A DNA stretch of 64,000 nucleotides, from contig JBFXJJ010000011.1 in NCBI GenBank assembly GCA_050175015.1, positions 1 through 64,000 of the forward strand. The letters are read 5' to 3'. Source of the DNA: Alphaproteobacteria bacterium. GTDB lineage: Bacteria; Pseudomonadota; Alphaproteobacteria; JBFXJJ01. A program made the translations under genes and the position numbers. Shown piece after piece: positions 20,240 through 31,786 of this stretch; position 1 is the first letter of the stretch; each line of letters begins with the position of its first letter. The notes beneath the pieces were generated by a model. The model saw only the letters and a list, made by a program, of their open reading frames with translations, was not told the DNA's origin and ran no database searches.

Positions 20240-21547
20240 CTAAAAATTATATAAGCTTGTTTTAAAACTTACACTCATTTCTACATCGCAATTTATATCT
20301 TCTTTTTTATAACTTAAATGAGGAATAAGCAAAACATCTTTATTATCAAATAGTGTCGGCAGTACGATTCCGGCAAGTCTTGGGATATCTTTTTTTATTT
20401 TTATTTTTTTATCCTTTACCATCTCTTTCCAAAGCTTAGCCCCCAAAGGCCTAACTATTAAGTTTTTATTAGAATTATTTTTGATATTAATAATAAATCT
20501 CTTATCCCATAAAATGCTTGTCGTTTGGTTAACACAAACGCTTTGTTCTACTTTTTTTGTTTCTCTAACAAAAAGATAGCCGCATTCGTCTTTGACTTTA
20601 TTTTTTAAAATTTGGCAACCGCTTAATGTTGCCCCCTTAAAACTGTCTGGATTTCTTAAACAATCAAGCAGTCTTGATAATTTTTCTAACCTCAAAGGAT
20701 ACTCCAAACCACAAACACCCATTATTATCTTTTTTAATGTTCTCAAAGCTATTTCGTCATCATTGCAGATAAAAAGATTCGGCGATGCCGTTATAAACCC
20801 TTCTTCGTATAATTTGGTGTGCTTTACTATTTCTTCCTTAGTTATCTTATCAAGGAAGCTCCTAACTCGCTGCATCTGCTCGGCTGTTTTGGATAAAACA
20901 TCTGGAGATATTCCATAATCGGTTAAAAGCGGAAGTATTTTTCGAATTTTTACTCTTTGATAATGGTCATTTTGATTTGATGGGTCTTCAACCCATTCCA
21001 TTTGGTTTTCTTTCAGATATTTTTTAAAACCATTATGGCTGATGTTTAATAGCGGTCTTATGACATTTATACCATCAATATTGGTAATATGCCTCATAGC
21101 TCCAAGACCATCAACGCCGCTGCCTCGCCCCAATCTGATTAAAAACGTTTCTGCCTGATCTTCAAGATGATGCGCTAAAGCTAAAAACTTGATGTTATTA
21201 TCTTGGCAGTAAGAAAGTAAAAGATTGAAACGAGCCTTTCTTGCCTGCTCTTGAACTCCTGTTTTAGGCTTCTCTCCTTCCCAAGTTAAAACAACTTGCT
21301 CTAAGCCTAAACCCTCAGCCCAAATTTTAACTTTCTGCGCTTCTTCGGCAGATTCTGTCCTGAGTTTATGATCTACAGTTAAGATAATGATTTTATTTTT
21401 TCTAGTTTTTGCCCATTTTGCTAAACAAAGCATAAGAAACATACTATCGCTGCCGCCCGAAACTCCAACTGCAATAGTTTCTCTTTCAGAAATATGCTCA
21501 AACTGCTGCATTGATGCTGCAAAAGTTTGATAAATATTAGTAGACAT
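20240..21547 (-). CDS. tilS: tRNA(Ile)-lysidine synthetase
   Basis: PP-loop SGGSDS, DHKLR, AHHLEDQAET, RPLL and EDPSN; sits between cpoB and ftsH. Confidence 0.93.
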   Translation of the reverse strand: MSTNIYQTFAASMQQFEHISERETIAVGVSGGSDSMFLMLCLAKWAKTRKNKIIILTVDHKLRTESAEEAQKVKIWAEGLGLEQVVLTWEGEKPKTGVQEQARKARFNLLLSYCQDNNIKFLALAHHLEDQAETFLIRLGRGSGVDGLGAMRHITNIDGINVIRPLLNISHNGFKKYLKENQMEWVEDPSNQNDHYQRVKIRKILPLLTDYGISPDVLSKTAEQMQRVRSFLDKITKEEIVKHTKLYEEGFITASPNLFICNDDEIALRTLKKIIMGVCGLEYPLRLEKLSRLLDCLRNPDSFKGATLSGCQILKNKVKDECGYLFVRETKKVEQSVCVNQTTSILWDKRFIINIKNNSNKNLIVRPLGAKLWKEMVKDKKIKIKKDIPRLAGIVLPTLFDNKDVLLIPHLSYKKEDINCDVEMSVSFKTSLYNF

Positions 21548-21549
21548 TT

Positions 21550-22446
21550 TTACTTACAATTAAGCCTTTTTAACTCTGCTTCGTTTCTTTTCTTTATACG
21601 GTCAAGCGCCTTAGGATATTCCTTATTAAGGCTCTTAAATGCAATACAAGCATCTTGATTTTTACCCAAAGCTACCATTGAAAGCCCTAGTTTCAAAAGA
21701 CAATCAGGACCTTTATTACCTTTGCCATATTTTTCATAACACTTAGCAAATGAAACCGCTGATTTTTCATAATCACCCTGGACATAGTACGTCTCTCCAA
21801 GCCAATATTGTGCATTTCCTGCTAACTCGTGCTTTGAGTATTTATCTAGAAACAAGCTCAAGTATTCGCCAGCTTTGCTATAGTTTGATTTTCCTAGTTC
21901 CTCATAAGCCTGATTGTACAAATCTTCTGGCGTTTTTTTATTATCTGGAACATTAGAGACTTCTTCTTTTTTGACATCTTTTGCAGGCGGCATAGATGCT
22001 AAAGACTGCTGTAAGGCCATCTTATTTTCTATTTCATTTAAGCGAAATTCTACGTCTTTAACAATTCTATCCAATCTTTCAGCTATATTATTGTTTTTAA
22101 ACTGCAGTTCTTCAACCTGATTTGTTAGGCTGGTTAACGTTTGGTCAATTAAATCCATTCGAGATGTTAAATAATCAGAATAGCTCTCAGGAACATCAGA
22201 AGATGAAGGTTTTACTTCCTTTTTATTATTGGTGCTTGGAATATCACTAGGCTCTTCTGATAAATTAATCCGATAGACTTGACGCTGGAGAACAGCTAAA
22301 TCAGCCTCAGCAGCCTCTAGCCTAGATAAAACACTGCTAATATCAACTCCACTATTTTCATCTTCTATAGCCCAAACAGGTTGAGATAGAACGCAGAAAA
22401 TCGAACTGATGATTAACGTTAAACCTAATTTATTTTTCCAAAGCAT
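21550..22446 (-). CDS. cpoB: Tol-Pal system protein YbgF/CpoB
   Basis: Signal peptide, coiled coil, and TPR with NAQYWLGETYY; directly downstream of pal. Confidence 0.9.
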   Translation of the reverse strand: MLWKNKLGLTLIISSIFCVLSQPVWAIEDENSGVDISSVLSRLEAAEADLAVLQRQVYRINLSEEPSDIPSTNNKKEVKPSSSDVPESYSDYLTSRMDLIDQTLTSLTNQVEELQFKNNNIAERLDRIVKDVEFRLNEIENKMALQQSLASMPPAKDVKKEEVSNVPDNKKTPEDLYNQAYEELGKSNYSKAGEYLSLFLDKYSKHELAGNAQYWLGETYYVQGDYEKSAVSFAKCYEKYGKGNKGPDCLLKLGLSMVALGKNQDACIAFKSLNKEYPKALDRIKKRNEAELKRLNCK

Positions 22447-22539
22447 CTTTTTAATACCTTCTTATTTTTACAGCTTGAGCTTTAAACTACCAAAACAATG
22501 CAACAAACTTTAAACAACGTCAAGTTTTCAAAAACAATA

Positions 22540-22577
22540 AAAAATTAGGGCACTCTTTAAACTAAAGAATGCCCTAA
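22540..22577 (-). terminator. Intrinsic terminator after pal
   Basis: TTAGGGCACTCTTT-aaact-AAAGAATGCCCTAA hairpin, followed by a T-run on the minus strand. Confidence 0.65.
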
Positions 22578-22607
22578 CAAAATTTATTTTAAGATTACTT
22601 AAAAAAA

Positions 22608-23075
22608 TTATTTAATTACAACGGTAACAGCACGACGGTTCTGAGCCCAAGCTGCTTCGTTTGAACCCATAACTGCTGGGCGTTCTTTACCATAAGAAAC
22701 GGTAGAGATACGGTCTGCTGCAACACCTAAAGAGATTAAGTATTTTTTAACAGAGTTAGCACGACGTTCACCTAAAGCAATGTTATATTCTCTTGTTCCT
22801 CTTTCGTCAGCATGACCTTCAACTGTAACTTTTTTATCAGCATATTTTGCAAGCCATTCTGCTTGAGTTTTTAAAGCTGTTTTAGCTTTAGAATCTAAGC
22901 TGTAACGATCAAAGCTAAAGAATACTCTGTCTTGAGCTCTTGCTGCAAAATCTTCTGCTGTGCCAGCTTTAATAATTCTGCCATCAGCTGTACGTAAAAC
23001 GGAACCGTCTCTTAAACCAGCACAACCTGTAACAACTAAGAGAACAGCTAAAACACTTAACAAACGCATTTTCAT
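22608..23075 (-). CDS. pal: Peptidoglycan-associated lipoprotein Pal
   Basis: Lipobox VTGC; VEGHADERGTREYNIALGERRA and QNRRA. Confidence 0.96.
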   Translation of the reverse strand: MKMRLLSVLAVLLVVTGCAGLRDGSVLRTADGRIIKAGTAEDFAARAQDRVFFSFDRYSLDSKAKTALKTQAEWLAKYADKKVTVEGHADERGTREYNIALGERRANSVKKYLISLGVAADRISTVSYGKERPAVMGSNEAAWAQNRRAVTVVIK

Positions 23076-23226
23076 ATTTTATTACCCCAAAAAATCAATT
23101 TAATTAAACTATATTTTTCTTATAAATCATTATTTATAAACTAAAATTTTCCCAATTATCTACTTTTCTATAAATACTTTTTATAGATTATTAACAATTA
23201 AAGCAAGTGTTATTTTTTTATATTCT

Positions 23227-24555
23227 CTAAGGCAAAAGAGGAGACCACGCAGGATCAGATGCTTCGGTTGGAGTTATAATCAAGCGTTCATTATAACCAG
23301 TCAAATCAATCGTAAAAAGTTTAGTCTCTGATTCTTTGCCTCTTTTTGGTTGTGACTGTCTAAAAAACATTAGAACTCTGCCGTTAGGAGACCACGTTGG
23401 GGCTTCCACTAAATAATCTTCGGCAAGAAGCCTTTCTCCTGAACCATCTGGTTTCATAACACCAATATAGAATGTACCATCTGCCATTTTTGTAAAAGCA
23501 ATATAGTCGCCTCGAGGAGACCACACCGGCGTTGCATACCGACCTTTGCCAAAACTAATTCTTTTAACATTATCGCCATCGCTGTCCATAACATAGAGCT
23601 GCTGTGTCCCGCTTCGGTCAGAGTTAAAAGTAATATAATCACCATCTGGGGAATATGAAGGAGAAGTATCTATCGCTGGGTGATTAGTTATGCGCTTCAT
23701 TTTATGATTGCGCAAAGTCATTTCATAAATATCTGTAACGCCGTCTTTTGCTAAACTCATAACCAGCCTTTTACCGTCTGGAGAAAATCTTGGTGCAAAA
23801 GTCATACCTTGAAAATCACCTATACTTTCGTGCTTTCCGGTTTCAATATTAAACAGATAAACCCGAGGAATATTGTTATAGTACGAAAGATAGGTTATTT
23901 GGTGCATTGTCGGTGAGAATCTTGGAGTTAAAACCAAATCGGCACCATCAGTCAGATAGCTGTGATTTTCACCATCTTGATCCATAATCGCTAGTCTTTT
24001 AACTTTTTTAGTAGAGACGCCTGTTTCTGCAATATAAACTATTCTAGTGTCAAAATAGCCGCCCTCACCTGTTATTCTTTCATATACAGAATCAGCAATC
24101 ATATGAGCAATACGGCGCCAGTTTTCTGGCTTGGTTGTAAGAGCTTGAGCTTTAAGCTGAGAATTGGAAAAAACGTCCCAAACCCTAAACTCAACTTTTA
24201 ATTTATCCCCAGTTTCTTTAACGACTCGACCTTGGATTAGGGCTTGAGCATTAATAGCCTGCCAATCTGCAAATCTCGGCTGAACCGAAATTGAGTCAAA
24301 CTTTTGAATAAATGCCGTGTGATCCATAGGCTGGAACAGGCCAGAACTTGCTAAATCGTTTTCAACAACGGCTGCAATTTTTGCCCCAAAATCCGTATCT
24401 TCTTCTGTCCCGCCAATAAAATCAGGGATAGCTATGGGCAACGGGTTAGACTGCACACCGGCAACATCTATTTTTAACTCTGCTTTTGCGGGAGTTTGAG
24501 ACATAAAAACTATGGCAAAACTTATACATAACAACTTTGCTAATTTTAAAAACAT
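23227..24555 (-). CDS. tolB: Tol-Pal beta-propeller protein TolB
   Basis: Signal peptide and PD40-type repeats (PRFSPDG, PSYSPDG, PVWSPRG); ends DPAWSPLLP. Confidence 0.96.
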   Translation of the reverse strand: MFLKLAKLLCISFAIVFMSQTPAKAELKIDVAGVQSNPLPIAIPDFIGGTEEDTDFGAKIAAVVENDLASSGLFQPMDHTAFIQKFDSISVQPRFADWQAINAQALIQGRVVKETGDKLKVEFRVWDVFSNSQLKAQALTTKPENWRRIAHMIADSVYERITGEGGYFDTRIVYIAETGVSTKKVKRLAIMDQDGENHSYLTDGADLVLTPRFSPTMHQITYLSYYNNIPRVYLFNIETGKHESIGDFQGMTFAPRFSPDGKRLVMSLAKDGVTDIYEMTLRNHKMKRITNHPAIDTSPSYSPDGDYITFNSDRSGTQQLYVMDSDGDNVKRISFGKGRYATPVWSPRGDYIAFTKMADGTFYIGVMKPDGSGERLLAEDYLVEAPTWSPNGRVLMFFRQSQPKRGKESETKLFTIDLTGYNERLIITPTEASDPAWSPLLP

Positions 24556-25481
24556 TAAAAAACTCCACCATTCATCGGATTAAATCTTAAAAACAAGGTT
24601 TTCCAGTCATCAAACTTATCTGGGTATCTTTCTGGCAGCATTGAAAACGGCGAACAAATAAATACCGCCCTTCTTGCACTTTCTGCTATAGAACGATAAA
24701 AACCATCGTTGTTATATCGGCTCATATCCAAAATAGCAACATCTCTAACTGAACCATCTTGATTTAAGTATGCCCTTATTTCAATTACCATATCTTCAAC
24801 GCCTTTGGAACCAGCATCAAAATTCCAGCATTGCCTGATTTTTGCCGCAAGCGCATCTTTATCACTAATTGTTAATTCTCGCCCTAAGAAACCGCCACTT
24901 CCGCCCTCTATGCCTTCGTCCTCGGTTTCATCTGGTTCTTTTTCATCTTGCGGTCTTTCTTGAATCGACTTTTCAATCTTTTCAACCGACGCTAAAAGAC
25001 TTTTCAAGCTTGGCTCAGGCTCTTTTTTGGTTTCCTTTTTGGGCGTGGTTTTGGGCTTGGGAGGCGTTGGAGCTACTTTTTTTTCTGCTATTTTCTTAGG
25101 CTCTGTTTTTTTATCCTCTTTTTTAGCCTCAACCTCTTCTAACTTTGCCGCTTTGTCATCTATTTTAGGCTGCTCTTTTTTAACCTCTGGTTTAGGATCG
25201 GGTTTTTTAGGCGGGACAAATTTAGGTTCGGCCTTTTTCTCAGCTTTTTTCTCTTCTTTAGGTGGTTCTTTCTTTTCCGTTTCTTTGCTTACATTTTCTT
25301 TTTTCTTCTCAGCCTTAGGAGGAAGATTTGTAAATTCGCTGATTTTAACTTTGCTTAAATCAACAATCAAAGGTGCCGTTGACGGTGCTATTTGATGCTG
25401 AACAAAACCAAAAAAGTCATAGCGAAATAACGCAAAGACTGCGGCATGCAAAATCAATGAATATCTAAGCCCCCGCCCCAA
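24555..25481 (-). CDS. tolA: TolA-like cell envelope integrity protein
   Basis: N-terminal SLILH TM motif, Lys/Glu/Pro-rich linker, TolA/TonB C-terminal domain; lies between tolR and tolB. Confidence 0.85.
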   Translation of the reverse strand: MGRGLRYSLILHAAVFALFRYDFFGFVQHQIAPSTAPLIVDLSKVKISEFTNLPPKAEKKKENVSKETEKKEPPKEEKKAEKKAEPKFVPPKKPDPKPEVKKEQPKIDDKAAKLEEVEAKKEDKKTEPKKIAEKKVAPTPPKPKTTPKKETKKEPEPSLKSLLASVEKIEKSIQERPQDEKEPDETEDEGIEGGSGGFLGRELTISDKDALAAKIRQCWNFDAGSKGVEDMVIEIRAYLNQDGSVRDVAILDMSRYNNDGFYRSIAESARRAVFICSPFSMLPERYPDKFDDWKTLFLRFNPMNGGVF

Positions 25482-25498
25482 AGCGTTATCTCCTAATT

Positions 25499-25978
25499 TT
25501 ACTTTCTATTCTTGTTATTTTTCTGGTTATTATCTTTTTTTACAGATGCAGCCTCTGTCTGCAAAGCAACACTCTCAAAACCAGATGATTTCAAAAATCC
25601 CATAAGTTCAATAATACGACCATAACTTGCGTCTTTATCGCCGCTTATAACTATTTTTATTTCAGGATTATTGTTTTGGATTGCAATAATCTTAGGCACT
25701 AATTCATCATCAGCCACGACATCGGTACCAATATAAATATTATTTTCAGCATCAACGCTTATGTTTAATGTTTTATCGCTGCCTTGAATATTTTCACTTT
25801 TAGCCTTAGGAAGCGTGAGCGGTATTCCTGTGGTTAAAAGCGGAGCTGTAATCATAAAGATAAACAGCAGAACAGACATAATATCTACCATCGGAGTAAT
25901 ATTAATATCACCCATAGTACGGCGCCGGCGCCCTCTTCTTCTTGCCTGCCTAGAGAGTGAATCTAATGATACTGACAT
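25499..25978 (-). CDS. tolR: TolR (ExbD/TolR family)
   Basis: DINITPMVDIMSVLLFIFMITAP with the essential TM Asp; operon position. Confidence 0.92.
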   Translation of the reverse strand: MSVSLDSLSRQARRRGRRRRTMGDINITPMVDIMSVLLFIFMITAPLLTTGIPLTLPKAKSENIQGSDKTLNISVDAENNIYIGTDVVADDELVPKIIAIQNNNPEIKIVISGDKDASYGRIIELMGFLKSSGFESVALQTEAASVKKDNNQKNNKNRK

Positions 25979-25985
25979 CTCTTAC

Positions 25986-26726
25986 TTATTCCTTGTTCTG
26001 CTTGTTTTGTTTGCTTGAAGTTTCATCAATATGCCTTGATAAAATTGAAGAAAACTCTCCTGAAAAATTTTCTAGTGTTCGGGAAAATCTATCAATATCG
26101 GTTGAGAGTTTATTATATCCCAAAACCGCAGGAATTGCGGCAATCAACCCCAAAGCTGTGGTAAATAAAGCTTCAGCCATACCAGGTGCTATAACCGCCA
26201 AAGACGTGTTTTGCGTCGCACCTATCGCCTGAAAACTATTAATAATGCCCCAAATAGTTCCAAAAAGACCTACGAATGGAGCGGTTGAGCCAACTGATGC
26301 CAAGAAAGTCATATGTGTTTCGATACTTTCAATTTCCCTATCCAAAGCTATCTGCATAGCTCTTTCTATTCTCTGCTGCAAGCTAACCCCTTGAACATTG
26401 GATTTTTCATCACCTGAGAAAAAATTAGTTTTGCGCAGCTCTTTCATTGCCGAAACAAAAATCACAGACATTGGATCATCTGGTCTGATACTAATCTTGT
26501 CATATAATTCATCTAAAGAACCACCTGACCAAAAACGCTCTTCAAACCTTTTAACTTTAGCCTTTAATGATTTTAAATTAAGCCACTTGTCAAAGATAAT
26601 TGCCCAAGACCAAACTGAAGCACCAATTAATGCTACCATAACAAGCTTCATCAAAAAATCAGACTGTTCAAAAAGCCCCGTGATTGATAAATCATTTGAA
26701 GTAACCGTGTTTAACATATTTTCCAT
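25986..26726 (-). CDS. tolQ: TolQ (MotA/TolQ/ExbB family)
   Basis: STAPFVGLFGTIWGI and APGMAEALFTTALGL motifs. Confidence 0.95.
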   Translation of the reverse strand: MENMLNTVTSNDLSITGLFEQSDFLMKLVMVALIGASVWSWAIIFDKWLNLKSLKAKVKRFEERFWSGGSLDELYDKISIRPDDPMSVIFVSAMKELRKTNFFSGDEKSNVQGVSLQQRIERAMQIALDREIESIETHMTFLASVGSTAPFVGLFGTIWGIINSFQAIGATQNTSLAVIAPGMAEALFTTALGLIAAIPAVLGYNKLSTDIDRFSRTLENFSGEFSSILSRHIDETSSKQNKQNKE

Positions 26727-26745
26727 TTTTTCTGCCTTAATTTTT

Positions 26746-27198
26746 CTAAATCAACTTTTCTAATGCACTTTTTACATCATCTAAAAGCCTTGAAGGTTTG
26801 CCATCATTCAACTTAATACAAGCCAATTTCACTTTAAATACAACTAGTAAATTTTCATCTTTAAAAATATTTTGCTCCATAGTTAAAGATGCGCCCTTTA
26901 TTTCAACGACTTTGGTAAAAACATTTAAAGCGTCATCTAATCTTGCCGGCTGCTTATAGTCAATCTCACAAGTTTTAACTGCAAATGCGACTTGTTCTCC
27001 ATTGCTATTAAATAAGCGGCTATTGTTAAAGCCCAACGTCCTAAGAAGTTCACTTCTTGCTCTTTCTGCAAACTTAAGATAATTCGCATAATATACTATC
27101 CCGCCAGCATCAGTGTCTTCATAGAATACTCTTACAGGATAATTATGTAATTTTTGGTAAATTTTTCCTGAAGAAGGATATATTTTTTCGTTACTCAT
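26746..27198 (-). CDS. ybgC: Tol-Pal-associated acyl-CoA thioesterase
   Basis: [26 protein letters not shown] motif; directly upstream of tolQ. Confidence 0.93.
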   Translation of the reverse strand: MSNEKIYPSSGKIYQKLHNYPVRVFYEDTDAGGIVYYANYLKFAERARSELLRTLGFNNSRLFNSNGEQVAFAVKTCEIDYKQPARLDDALNVFTKVVEIKGASLTMEQNIFKDENLLVVFKVKLACIKLNDGKPSRLLDDVKSALEKLI

Positions 27199-28264
27199 CT
27201 AAGCCATCACCATCTATCTTTAAACTTAATTGGTATTTAGAATTTTGAATAGGCTCCAAACCAAGATGTCTGAATCCTTTATCAGAAACCATTCTGCCCC
27301 GAGATGTCCTTAAAAGAAAACCTATTTGCAGCAAAAATGGCTCGACAACATCTTCAATGGTATCTCTTTCTTCGGCTAGAACTGCCGCTAAGGCATCAAC
27401 ACCGACTGGACCGCCCTTATAATTATCAGCTATGCAAAACAGATACCTGCGATCCATCGCATCTAACCCTAAGGCATCAACTTCCAAACGCAACAACGCC
27501 TCATCGGCTATTTGAGCATTAATCTCACCTTCGCCAAGTGATACGCCAAAGTCTCTAACCCTTCTTAAAAGTCTGCCTGCTATTCTAGGTGTACCTCTTG
27601 AGCGTTTGGCAACTTCTCTTGCCCCTTCGGAGCTAATCTCAAGCTTCATTAAAGCACTGGCACGCAAAATAATTTTTTCAAGTTCAGATGTTTCATAAAA
27701 ATTAAGTCTTAATGGTATGCCGAAACGCTCTCTAAGCGGTGTTGTTAGAAGCCCTGAACGTGTTGTTGCTCCAACCAACGTAAACGGAGATAAATCGATT
27801 TTAACAGAGCGAGCGGCTGGACCTTCACCAATAATCAAATCAAGCTGAAAATCTTCCATAGCAGAATATAAAACTTCTTCCACCTGAGAAGGAAGCCGAT
27901 GAATTTCATCGATAAAAAGCACATCATTAGGTTCAAGATTAGTTAAAATAGCCGCCAAATCACCTGATTTAGAAATCATTGGTCCAGAAGTTGATTTAAA
28001 ACCAACCCCCATCTCGTGCGATATGATTCTAGCCAGCGTTGTTTTACCTAATCCAGGGGGACCATATAACAAAACGTGATCCAAGGCTTCATTTCTTTTT
28101 TTCGCCGCATCAATAAAAACCTTGAGGTTGGAGCAAACAAGATCCTGACCGATAAAATCTGATAAAAGATTAGGACGTAAAGCATTACTTGCAGGATTAT
28201 CAAAACTTAATCCTTCAAAGTCGTTATCGTTTTCTTGAGGTGAAACAAGGCGTTCTTTATTCAT
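27191..28264 (-). CDS. ruvB: Holliday junction DNA helicase RuvB
   Basis: [24 protein letters not shown] and RGTPRIA motifs. Confidence 0.97.
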   Translation of the reverse strand: MNKERLVSPQENDNDFEGLSFDNPASNALRPNLLSDFIGQDLVCSNLKVFIDAAKKRNEALDHVLLYGPPGLGKTTLARIISHEMGVGFKSTSGPMISKSGDLAAILTNLEPNDVLFIDEIHRLPSQVEEVLYSAMEDFQLDLIIGEGPAARSVKIDLSPFTLVGATTRSGLLTTPLRERFGIPLRLNFYETSELEKIILRASALMKLEISSEGAREVAKRSRGTPRIAGRLLRRVRDFGVSLGEGEINAQIADEALLRLEVDALGLDAMDRRYLFCIADNYKGGPVGVDALAAVLAEERDTIEDVVEPFLLQIGFLLRTSRGRMVSDKGFRHLGLEPIQNSKYQLSLKIDGDGLDE

Positions 28265-28269
28265 ATCAA

Positions 28270-28893
28270 CTACTCTTTATTTCCTATTTCTTTCAATGCT
28301 AATTTAATTAACGCAGAAACCTTAATATCTTCTTTAGATTCACTCAAAACTTTCGAAACATAGATATATGCTTCTGAGCGTTGATAGCCCAAATTAACCA
28401 AAGCCGAAACCGCATCATCAAAAACACTGGATTTAGCAGAAGATGTTTGTCCCGCAGGAGCTTGCGGCATAACATAACTAGCAGAAGCGGCAACTTCAGG
28501 CTTGTCTTTAAGTTCGGTTATAATGCGCAAGGCAATTTTGGCACCAACGCCGTCGGCTTTAGATATTGCATTTTTATCCGCAGCAATAATTGCTTCTGCA
28601 ATCTTATCTGGCGTCATAACCGATAAAATCGCCATAGCGACCTTAGCGCCAACCCCTTGAACCTTAGTTAAAATTAAAAACCACTTTTTTTCTTCTTCTT
28701 TGGCAAAACCATAAAGATGAATATGATCTTCTCTAACGTGAGTTTCAATAAAGAGTGAAGCCGCCCCACCTTTAGACGGCAGCTGCGACAAAGTTTTGGC
28801 AGAAGCAAAGACCAAATAGCCGACGCCGCCCACATCAATGACCACGAAATCATCGCCGATACTATCAATTATACCTTTTAACTTCGCAATCAT
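28270..28893 (-). CDS. ruvA: Holliday junction branch migration protein RuvA
   Basis: MIAKLKG, VGGVGY, HVRED..LYGF, HhH GVGAK and SALVNLGY. Confidence 0.96.
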   Translation of the reverse strand: MIAKLKGIIDSIGDDFVVIDVGGVGYLVFASAKTLSQLPSKGGAASLFIETHVREDHIHLYGFAKEEEKKWFLILTKVQGVGAKVAMAILSVMTPDKIAEAIIAADKNAISKADGVGAKIALRIITELKDKPEVAASASYVMPQAPAGQTSSAKSSVFDDAVSALVNLGYQRSEAYIYVSKVLSESKEDIKVSALIKLALKEIGNKE

Positions 28894-28942
28894 TTTTTAA
28901 CCTCATAACTTTAATTTTTTTAAAGAATACTTAACCTGTTAG

Positions 28943-29467
28943 CTATCTAGCCTCTTTAACGTTATCAACCAAAGTTCTGACCCCGCTTTTCTTTATCTTG
29001 CCTATGGCAGAGTGAGCATGACAAATTGCTGCCGCTAAAGCATCGGCGCTATCGGGAGATTTATGCTTATATTCAGGAAGCAGAACCTTAATCATCATTG
29101 CTATTTGCTGCTTGGCTGCGTGTCCTGTTCCGACGACAGTTTTTTTTATTTCGTTAGGAGAGTATTCAAACACCTGCAAACCGTGAAGAGCCGAGGATAA
29201 AATAGCCGCTCCTCTAGCTTGTGATAGTTTAAGCGTTGAAACGGGATTTTTATTAATAAATATTTCCTCGATTGCGACCTCTTGCGGTTCAAATCGGCTT
29301 ATAACATCTGATAATTCATTGTGAATTGTAAGCAATCTTTTGGAAATAGAATCTTCGGCACTCGTTTTGATAACACCATCAGAGACATATTTTAATCTAC
29401 TATTTGCAAAATCAATAATGCCCCAGCCAGTTTTATTAAGACCAGGATCTATTCCCAAAAAACGCAT
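28943..29467 (-). CDS. ruvC: Crossover junction endodeoxyribonuclease RuvC
   Basis: LGIDPG, AIEE and DSADALAAAICH motifs. Confidence 0.96.
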   Translation of the reverse strand: MRFLGIDPGLNKTGWGIIDFANSRLKYVSDGVIKTSAEDSISKRLLTIHNELSDVISRFEPQEVAIEEIFINKNPVSTLKLSQARGAAILSSALHGLQVFEYSPNEIKKTVVGTGHAAKQQIAMMIKVLLPEYKHKSPDSADALAAAICHAHSAIGKIKKSGVRTLVDNVKEAR

Positions 29468-29479
29468 TAAATCTAATTT

Positions 29480-30232
29480 TTAACCTTCAATGATTTTTAA
29501 AATTTCATCAGAAATATCGTAGTTGGCACAAACTCTTTGAACGTCATCATCATCTTCTAAGACTTCAAGAAAGTTAAAGAATTTTCTAGCCTGTTCCTCA
29601 TCAAGAGGAGCTGTTACATTAGGTTTCCAATCAAGTCTAGCCGCCGAAGGGGAACCAAATTGTTTTTCTAAAGCGTCTCTAACATTATTCAAATCGTCAG
29701 GTGAAGTCATAATTTCATGACCGTCATCATCATCAGATATAACATCATTAGCACCAGCTTCTAATGCGGCTTCGAACATCGCTTCAGCACTAGCAACCTC
29801 TTTAGGATATGAAATATATCCGATTCGCTCAAAGTTAAACGCAACCGAATTGCTTTCGCCAAGATTACCGCCGAATTTACCAAAAGTCGATCTCACAACT
29901 GAAGCTGTACGATTACGATTATCTGTTAAAGCCTCAACAATAACCGCAACATTGCCAGGACCATAGCCCTCGTAACGCACTTCTTGATAATCTTCAGAAC
30001 CTTGAGATGGATCGGCTTTTGCGATTGCTCTTTCAATATTATCCCTAGGCATATTTTGTTGACGGGCAGCTTGGATTGCAGCACGAAGTCTAGGGTTTTT
30101 ATCCGGTTCAGGTATACCTGCTTTAGCTGCAACGGTTATTTCTCTTGCTAATTTTGAAAAAACTTTAGCTTTCCTTTTATCTTGCGCCCCTTTTCTGAAC
30201 ATAATGTTCTTAAACTGTGAATGACCGGACAT
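29480..30232 (-). CDS. yebC: YebC/PmpR family protein
   Basis: MSGHSQFKNI, YEGYGPG and TDNRNRT motifs; upstream of ruvC. Confidence 0.95.
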   Translation of the reverse strand: MSGHSQFKNIMFRKGAQDKRKAKVFSKLAREITVAAKAGIPEPDKNPRLRAAIQAARQQNMPRDNIERAIAKADPSQGSEDYQEVRYEGYGPGNVAVIVEALTDNRNRTASVVRSTFGKFGGNLGESNSVAFNFERIGYISYPKEVASAEAMFEAALEAGANDVISDDDDGHEIMTSPDDLNNVRDALEKQFGSPSAARLDWKPNVTAPLDEEQARKFFNFLEVLEDDDDVQRVCANYDISDEILKIIEG

Positions 30233-30276
30233 ATAACCTCCAAAAAAATGAAAACTTATAATGAATTAATAAACAT

Positions 30277-30302
30277 AAAAAACACAGCTGAGCAGCTATG
30301 TT
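30277..30302 (-). terminator. Possible intrinsic terminator between the inserted genes and yebC
   Basis: Minus strand reads AACATAGCT-gctc-AGCTGTGTT followed by TTTT. Confidence 0.4.
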
Positions 30303-30425
30303 GTACTTTTGTACTGTTTTTTACCATATCTCATTTATAAGGTCTAGAGGCTTTGCAAAAAATAAACATCAAAAAAGCTAGTTTTTATCAATAAAATGGC
30401 AAATTTAAGGAAGATATCGTGGTGT

Positions 30426-30773
30426 TTAATTATCTATAAGGCTCAAAAGCTTGCGAATTTTTAAAACATTTTCTTTGATTAGTGATTTTTTTTGCAAATC
30501 ATTAGCTGGAGAAACAATGACCGTATTAATACTTTCAAACGCCTGATTAATCTCAGCAACAACATCTCCAGCCCCAGCAATTCCTGCGATAAAAGGCATA
30601 ATATCAATCAAAACAGCATTAACAACATCGTGCGCATTAGCTATGCTTTTAGAAATTTGAGACTTATTCTCTTCAAAAGACTTACTTTCTTTAAAAAAAG
30701 ATAAGACTTTATCTAATTCTCCATAAACAGGAAACATTCTAGTAACAGGTATATCTTTTTGTTCTTGCTGCAA
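30426..30773 (-). CDS. Hypothetical helical protein (115 aa)
   Basis: Fills the intergenic space; TTG start preceded by SD AAGGAG; no family recognised. Confidence 0.6.
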   Translation of the reverse strand: MQQEQKDIPVTRMFPVYGELDKVLSFFKESKSFEENKSQISKSIANAHDVVNAVLIDIMPFIAGIAGAGDVVAEINQAFESINTVIVSPANDLQKKSLIKENVLKIRKLLSLIDN

Positions 30774-30806
30774 AACCGCGTCTCCTTATACTTAAAATTT
30801 ATAGGT

Positions 30807-31724
30807 TTAAAAACTTTTACCAGTATCTTTCATTCTTTTGGTCAAACCTAACCAAGCTGTTGTTTGAGTAAAATACTTTTTTAATCCCGATGGATAATCG
30901 ACAACGGCATCAGCAAATCGTCCTTTGCCATTAAAAAAGCTGCTTAACCTTATTTTCTGAATTAAAATCTTTATTTTATTTATTTGGTGTTTTGCTAGAA
31001 CTGTTCCCAACATAGCGTGTGGTTTATCCTGCTTCTTATGTCCTTCAACTAAAACCGTATTAAGTCCGGCTTTTTTAGCAAAATAAATATCTTGGTAAAT
31101 ATTATCTCCCATCATTACCGCCTCTTTAGGAGCAATTTTTAAATCATCAACAATTTTAGAATATGTATCGGCTGATGACTTCGGAAATCTTTCTAACAAT
31201 TTTATCTTAGCCCACTCGGAACTTGGGTGTTTGGCTTCAGCTTCTTGCTGCCCGCCATCTCTATTATCTTTAACGGCATAAATAGTATCAAACAAACCTT
31301 CTAAACCTGCCGCTTTAAGCTTATCAACGGTAAATGATGCCGGCCCTGCCGTAAACAACACCAGTTTTTTTCCTTGTTTTTTCAAACCTTGCAGTGTTTC
31401 CAAGGTTTCTTTCTCGGGTTTACAGGTATTCTTTAGAACCGTTTTGGCAGCAGCTATTTCTTTTTCGAATTTTTTAGTTAAATCTTCATAGGGGAATTTA
31501 TTTGCAAGCCCTTTATGAAGATTTAAAACATCCTCAAATTGAAATATTCCTTTTTGCAAATAAAGCTCATTAAATCCTTTTGCAACTTCACTCTCTGACA
31601 TACCGGCAGCTTTTGCTATACCCGTTACCAAAGTATTTACATAATGTGAATAAGAATATGCAAATGGTATTAATGTGTCATCAAGATCAGTGATTACAGC
31701 CTTTATATCATTAAAATCTGTCAT
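30807..31724 (-). CDS. HAD-superfamily hydrolase
   Basis: Motif I DLDDTL, motif II FT, motif III K (FPKSS), motif IV GDNIYQDI. Confidence 0.85.
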   Translation of the reverse strand: MTDFNDIKAVITDLDDTLIPFAYSYSHYVNTLVTGIAKAAGMSESEVAKGFNELYLQKGIFQFEDVLNLHKGLANKFPYEDLTKKFEKEIAAAKTVLKNTCKPEKETLETLQGLKKQGKKLVLFTAGPASFTVDKLKAAGLEGLFDTIYAVKDNRDGGQQEAEAKHPSSEWAKIKLLERFPKSSADTYSKIVDDLKIAPKEAVMMGDNIYQDIYFAKKAGLNTVLVEGHKKQDKPHAMLGTVLAKHQINKIKILIQKIRLSSFFNGKGRFADAVVDYPSGLKKYFTQTTAWLGLTKRMKDTGKSF

Positions 31725-31758
31725 AAAATATAAACCTTAAAAGCAATATTGAACTTAC

Positions 31759-31786
31759 ATTTTAGCCTAATGTACAAAAAAGTCAA
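31759..31786 (-). promoter_or_regulatory. Sigma-70-type promoter for the HAD gene
   Basis: Minus strand TTGACT-N16-TAAAAT, about 35 nt upstream of the ATG at 31724. Confidence 0.55.

Noticed and set aside
21550-21560. C-terminal Cys of CpoB (RLNCK) and GlmM (ISENC) as further copies of the Cys tag
   Set aside because: These are single cysteines with no CGCCGC pattern. The CpoB one is plausibly part of a periplasmic disulfide.
28920-28935. CtrA-like TTAA-N7-TTAAC upstream of ruvA
   Set aside because: Several such matches are expected by chance in 64 kb of AT-rich DNA, and it lies inside a tightly packed operon.
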